A stretch of DNA of 64,000 nucleotides, taken from positions 160,767 through 224,766 of the forward strand of contig CAWHJF010000021.1 of assembly GCA_963829575.1 (NCBI GenBank), given 5' to 3'. Made by a program: the position numbers and the translations under genes. How positions within the stretch are numbered: the first letter of the stretch is position 1; each line of letters begins with the position of its first letter. Below are positions 47,736-58,413 of the stretch, piece after piece. The DNA is from an uncultured Sporolactobacillaceae bacterium. Its GTDB lineage: Bacteria > Bacillota > Bacilli > Bacillales > Sporolactobacillaceae. The notes under the pieces are model-generated. The model saw only the letters and a program-made list of their open reading frames with translations, was not told the origin of the DNA and did no database searches.

Positions 47736-48608
47736 TTAGAATGGCATGTTTTCGAATGGGGTTGAGTAATCAGGAATCTGACTTAAGAGTTCTTCGGCTT
47801 CAACATCTGTCATCTCTCCAAAACGCAACACGGCATCCACAATTTTCGGGAATAAATGAACGTCTCCAGCACTTGCAAAAGCAGAAATACTGTCATGTGA
47901 TAAAACAAAATGCACACAAGCATCGATAATTTTCTGTTGATCGAACGGCTCATACCAAGTCGCATATTTTTTGTGTTGATTTTCTTTCCAAGGACCTTTT
48001 GCAATCGCCTTGATCACGCGAAGTGCCACATCCTGTTTTTTGGTCTCTGCAGCCAATGCATCAAAATCCTCTTTGAATTCAGGAATGGAATATAAGTAAT
48101 AATTAAAAGGTGTTAAAACAGCATCAAATGCATAACGCTTTAATGCTTCCAAATGAGTGGCTGGAGCAAGATGACCGTGTCCAGTGATCCCAATCGCATC
48201 GACTAACCCTTCTTCTTTGGCTTCTATGGCAGCTTCCAAAGCCCCACCTTTTTTTGTACACTTATCTAAATCTTCAAGATTACAAACAGCATGGAGCTGA
48301 ATCAAATCAAGTTTCTCAACCTGTAAACGTTTTAAAGAATTAAGAATTTCGGCTTTCGCTTTCTCTTTTGAGCGTTCCCCCGTTTTAGTCGCCAAAAAAA
48401 TTTGATCTCTAACTTTTGGCATCCATGGTCCCATTCTAAGTTCTGCTTCTCCGTAACTTGCGGCCGTATCAAAATGGTTCACTCCGTTTTTCAAGGCAAG
48501 TGAAATGGATTCATCCGCTTCTTCTTGTGTGACCGCTCCCAATGATGCAGCACCAAACATAACAGCCGAACTCATATAACCCAAACGGCCCAAACGACGT
48601 TTTAACAT
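47736..48608 (-). CDS. Aldo/keto reductase
   Basis: The 290-aa ORF has [15 protein letters not shown] and LIQLHAV motifs. Confidence 0.85.
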   Translation of the reverse strand: MLKRRLGRLGYMSSAVMFGAASLGAVTQEEADESISLALKNGVNHFDTAASYGEAELRMGPWMPKVRDQIFLATKTGERSKEKAKAEILNSLKRLQVEKLDLIQLHAVCNLEDLDKCTKKGGALEAAIEAKEEGLVDAIGITGHGHLAPATHLEALKRYAFDAVLTPFNYYLYSIPEFKEDFDALAAETKKQDVALRVIKAIAKGPWKENQHKKYATWYEPFDQQKIIDACVHFVLSHDSISAFASAGDVHLFPKIVDAVLRFGEMTDVEAEELLSQIPDYSTPFENMPF

Positions 48609-48988
48609 ACGATCGCTCCCTTTTTAAATGAATTAAACCTTCTTGCTATTATTATGAATATTACGATACCTTGAGTATACATTAATTGATCGCGCTTTTA
48701 AAATATAAGCTTAGGGTGTTAAGAACCTCTAGACTATTTAGCGGGTCACCAATGGAAAATGTTCGTTTTAGTTTGGTCTTAGCTTATCGTAATTAAAAGA
48801 TAGGATACATAAAAAAGAGACATGAACGATTCCCGCACTTAAAATAATAGGATGCGTTCGCTTTTCCACTTAGAAAATCTTCATTGATAGGAGCTTCGTT
48901 CTTGACTAAGGGCATACATTTAGGATTATGATTATATTTAAGTAGGTTTTAAAAGTTTTAAAATAATTGTTAAAAAGGAGATCTGAAT

Positions 48989-49840
48989 ATGAAATCATTA
49001 ACCGATACTTATAAGTTGTCCAATGGTGTGGAAATCCCATGCATTGGCTTTGGTACATGGCAGACGCCCAATGGTGATGTCGCAGTTTCTTCGGTACTCA
49101 GTGCCCTTCAAGCGGGCTATCGCCATATCGACACAGCTCAAGGGTACGGCAATGAGGAAAGTGTGGGAGATGCTGTAAAGAAAAGCGGAATGGATCGCAA
49201 AGAGATTTTCATTACTTCGAAGCTAACCAATAGTGAACACGGTTATCAAAAGACTCTTGATGCCTTTGAAGTAACGATGAAAAAGCTAGATATGGATTAC
49301 ATAGATCTATTCCTCATCCACTGGCCAAATCCGATTGCGTTCCGCGATCATTGGCAAGAAGCGAACGCAGAGACATGGAGGGCTTTTGAGGAATTGTACA
49401 ACGCGGGGCGCATCCGCAGCATCGGCATTAGTAATTTCCACGCGCATCATATCGAAGAATTAATGAAAACCGCGACAATTGCTCCAATGGTGAACCAAAT
49501 CAGGTTGTGCCCTGGGGACACGCAGGACGAAGTCGTCGATTACAGCCGTTCCCGTAATATGCTGCTAGAAGCGTACAGTCCGCTTGGTGTTGGTAAAATA
49601 TTTGAAGTGCCGGAAATGAGGGCGTTAGCTGAGAAATACGGGAAATCCATCGCGCAGATTTGCATACGGTGGAGTTTACAACGTGGTTACCTACCCCTGC
49701 CGAAGTCGGTCACACCTGCCCGCATTAAGGAGAATGCAGAAGTGTTCGATTTTGAGTTGTCAACGGAGGACGTGCAGCTGATCGCCGATCTAAAAGGCGT
49801 CGTCGGCTATTCAGCCGACCCAGATCAAACAACATTCTAA
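48989..49840 (+). CDS. Aldo/keto reductase (2,5-diketo-D-gluconate reductase/YvgN-like)
   Basis: LSNGVEIPCIGFGTWQ, GYRHIDTAQGYGNE, DLFLIHWP and IGISNF are present. 283 aa. Confidence 0.9.
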   Translation: MKSLTDTYKLSNGVEIPCIGFGTWQTPNGDVAVSSVLSALQAGYRHIDTAQGYGNEESVGDAVKKSGMDRKEIFITSKLTNSEHGYQKTLDAFEVTMKKLDMDYIDLFLIHWPNPIAFRDHWQEANAETWRAFEELYNAGRIRSIGISNFHAHHIEELMKTATIAPMVNQIRLCPGDTQDEVVDYSRSRNMLLEAYSPLGVGKIFEVPEMRALAEKYGKSIAQICIRWSLQRGYLPLPKSVTPARIKENAEVFDFELSTEDVQLIADLKGVVGYSADPDQTTF

Positions 49841-49863
49841 TTGATCTTAACGTTTATGAAAAT

Positions 49864-49897
49864 AACCAAGAGGGCCTATTCCTCTTGGTTATTTTTG
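49864..49897. terminator. Bidirectional terminator between the AKR gene and arsC
   Basis: AACCAAGAGG-GCCTATT-CCTCTTGGTT is flanked by an A-run and a T-run. Confidence 0.7.
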
Positions 49898-49899
49898 TT

Positions 49900-50319
49900 T
49901 TATTTTCCTGTTTCCGCGAAACGCTTGATTCGTTCACCGATTTCATCACGTACACTTTGAAAAACAGCCCATTTTTCTTCTTCAGACCCTTCTGCTTTGG
50001 CTGGGTCAGTAAATCCCCAATGATCCCGTTTCACATGTGGCGGTGTCATCGGACATTTATCCGCAGCATCTCCACATAAAGTTACCACAAAAGTGGCGTT
50101 ATTCAAGATCTCTGGATCAATAATTTCCGATTTTTGATTGGAAATATCAATACTAACTTCCTGCATGGCTTTTACGGCCTTAGGATTTAGGCCATGCGCC
50201 TCAATACCTGCACTTTTAACGTCCCATTCCTCACCGAGTAACTTTTTCCCCCACCCCTCAGCCATTTGGCTTCGGCATGAATTACCTGTACATAGAAAAT
50301 AAATCGTTTTTTTAGTCAT
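49900..50319 (-). CDS. arsC: Arsenate reductase, thioredoxin-coupled LMW-PTPase type
   Basis: [20 protein letters not shown], with C82/C89 equivalents ([11 protein letters not shown]). It is very close to the staphylococcal pI258 ArsC as I recall it. Confidence 0.92.
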   Translation of the reverse strand: MTKKTIYFLCTGNSCRSQMAEGWGKKLLGEEWDVKSAGIEAHGLNPKAVKAMQEVSIDISNQKSEIIDPEILNNATFVVTLCGDAADKCPMTPPHVKRDHWGFTDPAKAEGSEEEKWAVFQSVRDEIGERIKRFAETGK

Positions 50320-50346
50320 GAACTCTTTCTCCTTTAATATGGTGGT

Positions 50347-51642
50347 TTAGGCAAATAATAGCCTGATATAGAGACCTAATAAGGTAAAGAATAAAATAGG
50401 AATGGTTAAAACAATCCCTGTTTTAAAATAAGTTCCCCATGAAATCGTGACCCCTTTTTGCTTGAGGACATGGAGCCATAATAGCGTCGCAAGTGATCCG
50501 ATTGGCGTGATCTTTGGTCCTAAGTCTGAACCAATAACGTTTGCAAAAATTAAGCCTTCTTTCACAGCGTGACTCGCCGTCGTACCATGAATCGCTAAAG
50601 CATCAATCATCACCGTTGGCATGTTGTTCATAATCGATGACAAAATGGCTGCCACAAACCCCATAACCATTGTTCCGGCAAACAACCCTTGGTTCGCACT
50701 CGCTTGGATTAAATGCCCAAGTACCGACGTTAAACCAACATTTCTTAATCCATAAACGACGACGTACATGCCAATTGAGAAAAAGACAATGGCCCAAGGT
50801 GCGCCTTTTAGCACGGTTTTCGTATGAACAGCTGGGCTTCTTCTAGCCATTAGCAGGAAGAAAACAGCTACAATAAGCGCAATAATTGAAACAGGGATAT
50901 GAACAAATTGACTAATAAAATAGCCCAATAGTAAGACCGCTAAGACAATCCAGGAAAGACGAAACATTTTGATGTCCTTAATAGCTTGAGCAGGTTCTTT
51001 TAAATTATTTAAATCATAGTGCTTCGGAATGTTTCGTTTAAAGTAAAGGTATAAAACCAAAATACTGCCAACAATTGAAAACAAGTCAGGTAGTATCATT
51101 TTTGACACATATTGAACAAACCCAATCCCAAAGTAATCTGCCGAAACAATATTAACTAGGTTACTGACGACGAGTGGTAGAGAGGTCGTATCCGCAATAA
51201 AACCGCTCGCAATGATAAACGGAAAAATCATTTTCTCTTCAAATTTGAGGTTCCTCACCATGGCTAGAACGATTGGTGTTAGAATTAGAGCTGCTCCATC
51301 ATTCGCAAAGAACGCGGCGACAATCGCACCTAGTATCGTCACATAGATGTACATTCTAACCCCGTTCCCTTTTGCTGCTTTTGCCATGTGCAGTGCTGCC
51401 CATTCAAAAAATCCTATCTCATCTAGTATGAGTGAAATCATGATAATGGCAATAAACGTAAAGGTGGCATCCCAAACAATTTTAGTCACTTCAATGACAT
51501 CATGGAAATGAACAACTCCAACCAAAAGAGCGAGCACCGCTCCGCCACACGCTGACCAGCCAATTGATAGGTTCTTTGGTTGCCAAATCACCAAAACTAA
51601 CGTTAAAACAAAAATGACGATGGCTAAACTCATAGTGATCAC
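50347..51642 (-). CDS. arsB: Arsenite efflux pump, ArsB type
   Basis: 431-aa polytopic protein, collinear with pI258 ArsB (..[18 protein letters not shown].., ..[23 protein letters not shown]..). Confidence 0.92.
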   Translation of the reverse strand: MITMSLAIVIFVLTLVLVIWQPKNLSIGWSACGGAVLALLVGVVHFHDVIEVTKIVWDATFTFIAIIMISLILDEIGFFEWAALHMAKAAKGNGVRMYIYVTILGAIVAAFFANDGAALILTPIVLAMVRNLKFEEKMIFPFIIASGFIADTTSLPLVVSNLVNIVSADYFGIGFVQYVSKMILPDLFSIVGSILVLYLYFKRNIPKHYDLNNLKEPAQAIKDIKMFRLSWIVLAVLLLGYFISQFVHIPVSIIALIVAVFFLLMARRSPAVHTKTVLKGAPWAIVFFSIGMYVVVYGLRNVGLTSVLGHLIQASANQGLFAGTMVMGFVAAILSSIMNNMPTVMIDALAIHGTTASHAVKEGLIFANVIGSDLGPKITPIGSLATLLWLHVLKQKGVTISWGTYFKTGIVLTIPILFFTLLGLYIRLLFA

Positions 51643-51653
51643 TTCATATCCCC

Positions 51654-52004
51654 CTAATCACAACATTTAATTCGAAGACCCTTGGCTTCTAACTCAATTA
51701 ATTTTTCTCGTTGGTCTGGAAGATGCTGCAAAAGGGTTTGAATCATTAAGTAAGCCTCATGTTCCGTATTTAAAGAATAAAAGATCCATTGACCACTTCT
51801 TTTTTCCTTAACTAGGCCAACATCGCGCAATTTTCTTAAATGCTGGCTAATAGCGGGTTGACTCATATTAAAGATCTCAACAAATTCACACACACAACAC
51901 TCATTATTTGGATTCATTAAAGCAACCATAGACAGCCTTGTTTTATCACCTAGTAATTTTAATATGTGAGTTGTTTTGTCTAGATCAAGAACCGTTTTAT
52001 CCAT
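51654..52004 (-). CDS. arsR: ArsR-family metalloregulator
   Basis: It has the CCVCEF metal site followed by the HTH ([19 protein letters not shown]). ATG 52004 lies 6 nt after AAGGAGG. Confidence 0.9.
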   Translation of the reverse strand: MDKTVLDLDKTTHILKLLGDKTRLSMVALMNPNNECCVCEFVEIFNMSQPAISQHLRKLRDVGLVKEKRSGQWIFYSLNTEHEAYLMIQTLLQHLPDQREKLIELEAKGLRIKCCD

Positions 52005-52155
52005 AAATGACCTCCTTAAGAACAATATAATTATATGCTTATATTATAACAAAGAATATTAATGTCAATGGTAAGTTTTCGTCATTCAAAATCCCCACCC
52101 GAATGAATGCGATCCACACTTCCGAAAGAAGCAATAGAACCGTCCCCACGCTTCT

Positions 52156-52194
52156 ATATGACAAATGTCATATTCACTCCCTGACAATTATGTC
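52156..52194. promoter_or_regulatory. Candidate DesR operator in the des promoter region
   Basis: A perfect palindrome ATATGACA-AA-TGTCATAT (52156-52173) is followed by a related half-palindrome TGACAATTATGTC (52182-52194), about 70-110 nt upstream of des. Confidence 0.5.
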
Positions 52195-52264
52195 TATTCT
52201 TAAGCATTGGATTTCTTTAGTATTGAGGTAAGAAGAAAAAGAGCCAAATTATTAGGAGGCAGAC

Positions 52265-53317
52265 ATGAGTAAACAACAAATTAAGGTACTAAGAAAAAGT
52301 GTCTCACCTTACGCGACCCCAACTACAAAATTAAGTATTCAACAACTCTTAAATACACTGATACCGTTTTTGGGCCTATGGTTTCTCGCTTATGAAAGCT
52401 TAAACGTGTCCGTTTGGTTAACGATCGCGCTTGCGGTTTGTGCGTCAGGTTTTGTCATTCGCATATTCATTATCTTTCATGACTGTGCCCATTTAGCTTT
52501 CTTCAAGAATAATAAATTAAATCGAATAGTGGGAACACTAACTGGCATCATCACCTTATTTCCTTACGAACTATGGAAATACGAACATTCGATCCACCAC
52601 GCGACAAGCAGTAACTTAGATAAAAGAGGAACTGGTGATGTCTGGGTTATGACGGTCCAAGAATATATTGAGGCCAATTTTTGGAAACGCCTCACCTACC
52701 GTTTATACCGCAACCCGTTTATTCTCTTTGGTTTAGGACCTATTTTTCTCTACATTGTTAAGAATCGTTTTAATCGAAGAGGCGCACGTCGAAAAGAGCG
52801 GATCAATACTTACTTGACGAATGTGGCCATTTTAGCCCTGTACACTTTATTAATATGGGCAGTTGGTTGGGAAGCCTTTTTAATCATACAAGTTCCAATT
52901 CTAATGATTGCAGGTTCACTTGGTATTTGGTTGTTTTACGTCCAACATCAATTTGAAGATTCCTACTATGAAAATGAAGAAGAATGGGATTTTGTGAAAG
53001 CCGCTGTAGATGGAAGTTCTTATTATAAGCTACCTGCTATTTTACAATGGGTTACAGGAAGTATTGGCTACCATCATGTCCACCATTTAATTCCAAGGGT
53101 TCCGAATTACAATCTCAAGTTGGCTCATGATGCGACTCCAGACTTACAACATGTGACTACTATTACTCTTAAAACAAGTTTACAATCACTCCACTTCAGG
53201 TTATATGATGAAACCAATAAAACCTTTGTGAATTTCAAGTCCATCAAGCCTCTCTTGGCTCAACCAAAAAAGGAGCTCACTGTCCGTTCATTCAAAGTGG
53301 ATCCTGTCAAAGAGTAA
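52265..53317 (+). CDS. des: Membrane fatty-acid (acyl-lipid delta5-type) desaturase
   Basis: Three His boxes (HDCAH, HSIHH, HHVHH) are present. 350 aa. desK-desR follow, as in B. subtilis. Confidence 0.9.
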   Translation: MSKQQIKVLRKSVSPYATPTTKLSIQQLLNTLIPFLGLWFLAYESLNVSVWLTIALAVCASGFVIRIFIIFHDCAHLAFFKNNKLNRIVGTLTGIITLFPYELWKYEHSIHHATSSNLDKRGTGDVWVMTVQEYIEANFWKRLTYRLYRNPFILFGLGPIFLYIVKNRFNRRGARRKERINTYLTNVAILALYTLLIWAVGWEAFLIIQVPILMIAGSLGIWLFYVQHQFEDSYYENEEEWDFVKAAVDGSSYYKLPAILQWVTGSIGYHHVHHLIPRVPNYNLKLAHDATPDLQHVTTITLKTSLQSLHFRLYDETNKTFVNFKSIKPLLAQPKKELTVRSFKVDPVKE

Positions 53318-53423
53318 TACAAAACGCCCTTCAAACGAGTCACTTGAAGGGTTTCTTTATGAGACTAGTGGGAATTATGACCATAAGCGTATAATAAGGC
53401 TAGAATAAAAAAAGGAGACTTCT

Positions 53424-54560
53424 ATGAGAAATTGGTTTCATATCATACCAAAGAACACCTGGCTAAACATTTACGTTTGGATCATTTTTTGTCTACTCCC
53501 CTTTTATTTTATTATGAGATCCTTGTCGATCCTTGATATTAGTTTTGGGGTCCTTCTCATCCTTTTGTTTTATATCGCCAACCGACTATCTTTTAATTCA
53601 AAAACTGGATTTGTCTATTTATGGGTGAGTATTCAAATCGTCATCAATCTATTCATGACCCTTTATTTTAGTTACGTCTATTTCGGCTTATTTTTAGCTT
53701 TCCTTATAGGTAAAATTGAACGTAGAGGTGGCTTTCTTTCTCTTTATATCGTTCATCTCGTAACGACCATCGCAGCCGTTACTGTGGGGTTTTTCACCGA
53801 AACCAATCTCTTTACCGGCCAGTTACCTTTTGTCATAATTAGTGTCATCGGCATTATTCTTTTACCTTTCAATATGTATAACCGCGACAAACAGGTCAAG
53901 CTTGAGGGTCAACTTGAACATGCCAATAAAAAACTCTCCCAACTCATTATAATGGAAGAACGTCAACGAATTGCACGAGATTTGCACGATACGCTTGGAC
54001 AAAAACTTTCATTAATCGGATTAAAAAGTGATTTAGCGAAGAAGTTAATCGATGTCAAACCTGAATCGGCAAAAATTGAATTAAGTGATATCAATCATAC
54101 GGCAAGGATGGCTTTAAAAGAAGTGCGTGAAATGGTAGCCGATATGAGAGCCATAAAATTAAACGACGAAATAGGTAAAATTAAACAGATTTTGGGTGTT
54201 GCCAATATTGACGTCGTAATCGAAGGTCCGACGGATTTAAAAAACACGCCTCCTTTTGTTGAAAATGTTTTGACCATGTGTCTAAAAGAAGCGGTTACCA
54301 ACATTGTGAAACATAGTCAAGCCACCTTATGCCATATCAAAATCTTGGAATCGGATAATGAAATTAAAATTCAGATTCAAGATAATGGGGTAGGTTTAAC
54401 AAAGGAAAATAAAACCCATAATGGCCATGGCATTATCGGAATGAAAGAACGCTTAGAATTTGTTAATGGTACCTTAGAAATGAAGTCTTTAGATGGAACC
54501 CTATTGATCATACAAATCCCGAATGTCATTCAGTATACAAAGAAAGGAAATTCGCTATGA
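53424..54560 (+). CDS. desK: Thermosensor histidine kinase DesK
   Basis: It has 5 TM segments and is collinear with B. subtilis DesK (EERQRIARDLHDTLGQKLSLIGLKSDLA, CLKEAVTNIVKHSQA, GHGIIGMKERLEF). Confidence 0.9.
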   Translation: MRNWFHIIPKNTWLNIYVWIIFCLLPFYFIMRSLSILDISFGVLLILLFYIANRLSFNSKTGFVYLWVSIQIVINLFMTLYFSYVYFGLFLAFLIGKIERRGGFLSLYIVHLVTTIAAVTVGFFTETNLFTGQLPFVIISVIGIILLPFNMYNRDKQVKLEGQLEHANKKLSQLIIMEERQRIARDLHDTLGQKLSLIGLKSDLAKKLIDVKPESAKIELSDINHTARMALKEVREMVADMRAIKLNDEIGKIKQILGVANIDVVIEGPTDLKNTPPFVENVLTMCLKEAVTNIVKHSQATLCHIKILESDNEIKIQIQDNGVGLTKENKTHNGHGIIGMKERLEFVNGTLEMKSLDGTLLIIQIPNVIQYTKKGNSL

Positions 54561-55159
54561 TTCGTATTGTCATCGCCGAGGATCAACGTCTGTTACTCGG
54601 AGCGTTAAGCTCCCTTCTCAACTTAGAAGAGGACATGGAGGTGGTCGGTAAGGCCCATAACGGTGAAGAAGCCTTAAATCTAATTAACAGTTGTCAACCC
54701 GATGTATGTATTATGGATATTGAAATGCCCTTAATGAGCGGATTAGATGTCGCAGAAACATTAAAAGGTTCAACGTGTAAGTTTATTATTTTAACTACGT
54801 TTGCAAGACCGGGTTACTTTGAACGGGCCCGCGAAGCGGGCGTAAGTGGTTACCTCTTAAAGGATAGTCCAAGTGAAGACCTTGCCCGTTCGATCCGAAC
54901 TATTATGGAAGGTCGACGCGTCTATGCCCCAGAACTTATTGATATGGCCTACGAACAGTCTGAAAGTCCATTAACGAAACGCGAAGAGGAAGTGATTAAA
55001 CTTATTGCGAATGGAAAAAGCACCAAAGAGATCGCGGGCGAACTTTTTATCACCAACGGTACGGTACGTAATTATATTTCAGTGATCCTCGATAAATTAA
55101 ATGTGACGAACCGAATTGAAGCCGTTACACGTTTTAGGGAAAAGGGTTGGTTTAAATAG
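54557..55159 (+). CDS. desR: NarL/LuxR-family response regulator DesR
   Basis: Receiver domain (IVIAEDQ..DVCIMDIEMP) plus LuxR HTH (LTKREEEVIKLIANGKSTKEIAGELFITNGTVRNY). There is a 4-nt overlap with desK. Confidence 0.9.
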   Translation: MIRIVIAEDQRLLLGALSSLLNLEEDMEVVGKAHNGEEALNLINSCQPDVCIMDIEMPLMSGLDVAETLKGSTCKFIILTTFARPGYFERAREAGVSGYLLKDSPSEDLARSIRTIMEGRRVYAPELIDMAYEQSESPLTKREEEVIKLIANGKSTKEIAGELFITNGTVRNYISVILDKLNVTNRIEAVTRFREKGWFK

Positions 55160-55215
55160 ATGAGGATCATTTGATCTCCATAACTTTGGGGAAAAATGAT
55201 CCTCATCCCTTTTCC
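55159..55215 (+). terminator. Terminator of des-desKR
   Basis: A 13-bp stem GATGAGGATCATT / AATGATCCTCATC with a long loop is followed by CCTTTTCC. Confidence 0.5.
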
Positions 55216-55310
55216 GTTCTAAGCTCATTCAAAGATTAACTTCTAGATCGTGAATGGTCTCACATAGTATGAAATAAAGTGACGTGATCATTGAATGAGG
55301 AGGTTTTTTT

Positions 55311-55532
55311 ATGAATCATCATGGTAAATGGAAACAGCCCCACTCTATTCCTAAAGTCCCTTTGCCATCTAACAACACCCATAATTGGACGCCTCCAACA
55401 CATCCAGCCTTGTCATTTCAGCCACCCAACCTCCCACAATTCAGTCCTAAAGAAGCCCTAAAATCAGGAACTTTATGGAAACCCCTATATGACCCGTATT
55501 TTACTCCTCGTGATCGTGAAAAAAGCGGCGCC
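55311..55532 (+). CDS. cotJA: CotJA-like spore coat-associated protein. The stop codon is missing and the ORF reads on into the gad remnant.
   Basis: FQPPNLPQFSPKEALKSGTLWKPLYDPY is the conserved CotJA core. No cotJB or cotJC follows. Confidence 0.6.
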
Positions 55533-56151
55533 ATGGCTCGGTCATTTCACCACGCATCGGAGGAACCATTAGATGAAAATTTGCAGATCTCGCCTCCATC
55601 AACTGTCCATAGAGACACGGCTTTACCACCTATGATTTTGCCTGACCAAGGGCAGTCCTCTGAAAAGGCTTACGAAACCGTACATCGTGACTTGGCATTA
55701 GACGGCAATCCCCTACTTAATCTTGCCACATTCGTCACAACTTGGATGGATCCTTATGCGGATCGTTTATATGCCGAATCCTACAACAAGAACTTAATAG
55801 ACAAAAGAGCCTTTTGAAATCTTCACACACGGCTCGCATCTTCCTGTTGTGACATGGAAATTAAAAGACGCGTATACCTCCAATTGGACACTTAAAGACT
55901 TAGCTCGACAGCTATGGACCTTTGGCTGGCAAGTGCCCGCATATCCTCTTCCGGAAAAAATGGAAGACATTATGATCATGCGCGTTGTTGTTCGTCATGG
56001 ATTTTCCATGGATCTGGCTCACTATTTTATGAAAAATCTCAAACAGGCTCTCGACTATTTGGATTCTTTGGATGCACCATTACCTCGAGATCCAAAAAAA
56101 GACATAGGTTTTCATCATGAAGCAAAAGGTCCAACCCATCCAAGTATCTAG
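55533..56151 (+). pseudogene. Glutamate decarboxylase remnant (N-terminal about 95 aa and C-terminal about 100 aa; PLP core deleted)
   Basis: ..HRDLALDGNPLLNLATFVTTWMDPYADRLYAESYNKNLIDK.. stops at 55817. ORF 55849..56151 reads ..LARQLWTFGWQVPAYPLPEKMEDIMIMRVVVRHGFSMDLA.., which is the typical Gad C-terminus. Confidence 0.7.
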
Positions 56152-56296
56152 TGACTATAGAAAAGTCAATTATTCAGGAGTGCTATATAGTAAAACGCAC
56201 CTTTTGAAAAGGACTTTTTACACAACGAGTTGGCATTCCTTTTTTAAAAAAAGAGGCCTTATTGAAGTGGACCCCTTAGATCGCTTGACTTCTCTT

Positions 56297-58258
56297 TCAT
56301 CTTGATCGCTTTTCATGTTGGATCATCTGGAGACTTTCGTACAATTCTTGGATTTCTTCATTAACCCCGGGATACCCCACAATCGTAGGAATCGTTAAGT
56401 TGGATTTAGGTTGATCGATCCCTTCATACAGGGTTTCAAAAACCGATTGAACGTCTTTAATTTGTTGGTCGTTTTTTGGAGCAGCCCATCTAGTGCTTGA
56501 GGTTGCTCCAATTAAGGAACCTAATCTTTGCATGGCAATGACCGATGACCAATAGGAATCCACCCATCGGGATTTTCGAATCTCATTGAGTGCACCGTCG
56601 TACGTATTCCTTAGCACAACGAGCATATTAAGGAGTTGTGTTCTTTTTTTGACTATTGACGTTTCACTTATACTCTCTTCGCGCATGAGGTCCTGAAGTA
56701 ATTCACCAGAAAATTTTATAACAAGCTTCATGACCATTGGCAGTCTAGTTGAAGCGGACTTGTGCCAAAGAAATAATCCAGCTAATAGTGCAACGGCTGT
56801 CCCTAGTATCGTATCCACAAGTCTGGCCCCTATTAAGGTTGGGATTGGTAAACGGAGACCGCTAAAGTGCGTAATAATCAGGGCCATTGGTGTGATAAAG
56901 GTAACTGCCACTGTGTAATTTCTGACGATAAACAATTCAATGATAAATTGCAAGGTCATAACCACTAGCACTAATTCCCAAGCATTCACATGAAGCGATA
57001 GGATCAATCCGCCAATTAAAATTCCTACCGCTGTCCCAACAGACCGTTGCAACGTTCGATTCACGATCGCCCAAACCGTTGCCCCTTGTAATGCTGAAGC
57101 GCAGGCAAGAGTCACCCAATAAGGACGCTCATTTCCAAAAAAAATCGATAAAAGTGATGCAACTAGAACCGCGATTCCGATCCTAAGCGCTCCAGGAAGC
57201 ACAGCAGATGGATTAGAAAAAGAACTTCTGAACACCCGCCACACACTTTGGTCTGAGGACCGGATCAGTAAAGGTGAAATTGGAATTTTATTATTGAGAA
57301 TGTGAGAGGCTATGAGCACTTCATCTTTTAAATGAATAAGAATTGGATCCAGATCCGCAAACGTATCGAGCTTTTTGGGAATAGCCGCCTCTGACTGCTT
57401 GAGTGCTCGTGCCACCTCTTGGACTGCATCAACCAGTACCTGATTGATCGGATCCTTTGATTGGACTTCTGCTTCAATGACGGCCAGAAAAAGATCATTG
57501 GCTTTTTCAACGAGGTTCAGTAAATAAGCAGACTTGTTGGTTTTGGGATCTTTTTTAGAGGCCCCTTTAAGTAAAGGCTTTTCCGCCAATTTTAATGATA
57601 AAAGTAAGTTGTGCTTTTCTTGGTCGCTCTCTGCCGTTCCAATCGATGCCATGAAACGAGCTAGATCTTGATAGACCTCGATGACGAGTGAAGTTTCTTG
57701 ATTATAAGCGTTCCATAACCACCCACACATGGCAATGAGCCAAGCCATGACACCACCAACCAGTGCCATCCCCATTCTAAACGGGATGAGCGATGGATCA
57801 AATGGAATAATGGTGCCGACCGCGCACACTAGTATAAAAAAGTAACTGCCTGGTGGTGGCATTTTAAAAGCATTGCTAAAATAGGTAGACAATGTACTGA
57901 CACTCACAAAGGCGAGTGTCATCATGAGGGGCGAAGCCGACGTGGCAAGTCCCACTCCAAATGAGAGCACCATCCCAATGAGGACAAAAAACAATTTCCT
58001 TGCTCGTTCGGCGTAGGTCTCATTATGTACATAGAGGGCGGTAAACCCTCCCATGCTCGCAAGCAACGCCCATTCCATATGGTTAAATAAGGCCCCAATC
58101 ATAAATGGTATCCCTATAGTAATGGACGCACTGATGGCTTTACCCCAAGGGGCTCTTGGTCCTCTATTCCAGTGAAACGCCCCTTTAAAACCTAAGGGAC
58201 TTGGTGGATTAGGGATGGGCGAGCGTTTATACCCCTCATTATTACTCAATGGTGACAC
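56297..58258 (-). CDS. FUSC-family (fusaric-acid-resistance/aromatic acid exporter-like) integral membrane protein
   Basis: 653 aa. Two polytopic membrane halves are separated by a long cytoplasmic helical region, the usual FUSC/YccS architecture. Confidence 0.7.
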   Translation of the reverse strand: MSPLSNNEGYKRSPIPNPPSPLGFKGAFHWNRGPRAPWGKAISASITIGIPFMIGALFNHMEWALLASMGGFTALYVHNETYAERARKLFFVLIGMVLSFGVGLATSASPLMMTLAFVSVSTLSTYFSNAFKMPPPGSYFFILVCAVGTIIPFDPSLIPFRMGMALVGGVMAWLIAMCGWLWNAYNQETSLVIEVYQDLARFMASIGTAESDQEKHNLLLSLKLAEKPLLKGASKKDPKTNKSAYLLNLVEKANDLFLAVIEAEVQSKDPINQVLVDAVQEVARALKQSEAAIPKKLDTFADLDPILIHLKDEVLIASHILNNKIPISPLLIRSSDQSVWRVFRSSFSNPSAVLPGALRIGIAVLVASLLSIFFGNERPYWVTLACASALQGATVWAIVNRTLQRSVGTAVGILIGGLILSLHVNAWELVLVVMTLQFIIELFIVRNYTVAVTFITPMALIITHFSGLRLPIPTLIGARLVDTILGTAVALLAGLFLWHKSASTRLPMVMKLVIKFSGELLQDLMREESISETSIVKKRTQLLNMLVVLRNTYDGALNEIRKSRWVDSYWSSVIAMQRLGSLIGATSSTRWAAPKNDQQIKDVQSVFETLYEGIDQPKSNLTIPTIVGYPGVNEEIQELYESLQMIQHEKRSR

Positions 58259-58413
58259 CTTCTTCTATGATGATCTTTAAAATTACTAAACGGGTTAAAA
58301 AGGAACCACCGTGATCATGTGACCACAGTGGATAGTTTGATGCTATTATAATAGAGCTATTCAAAGTCGAAATGGTTTCAATAACTCGTAAATGCTACGT
58401 GTGTTCATATTTT

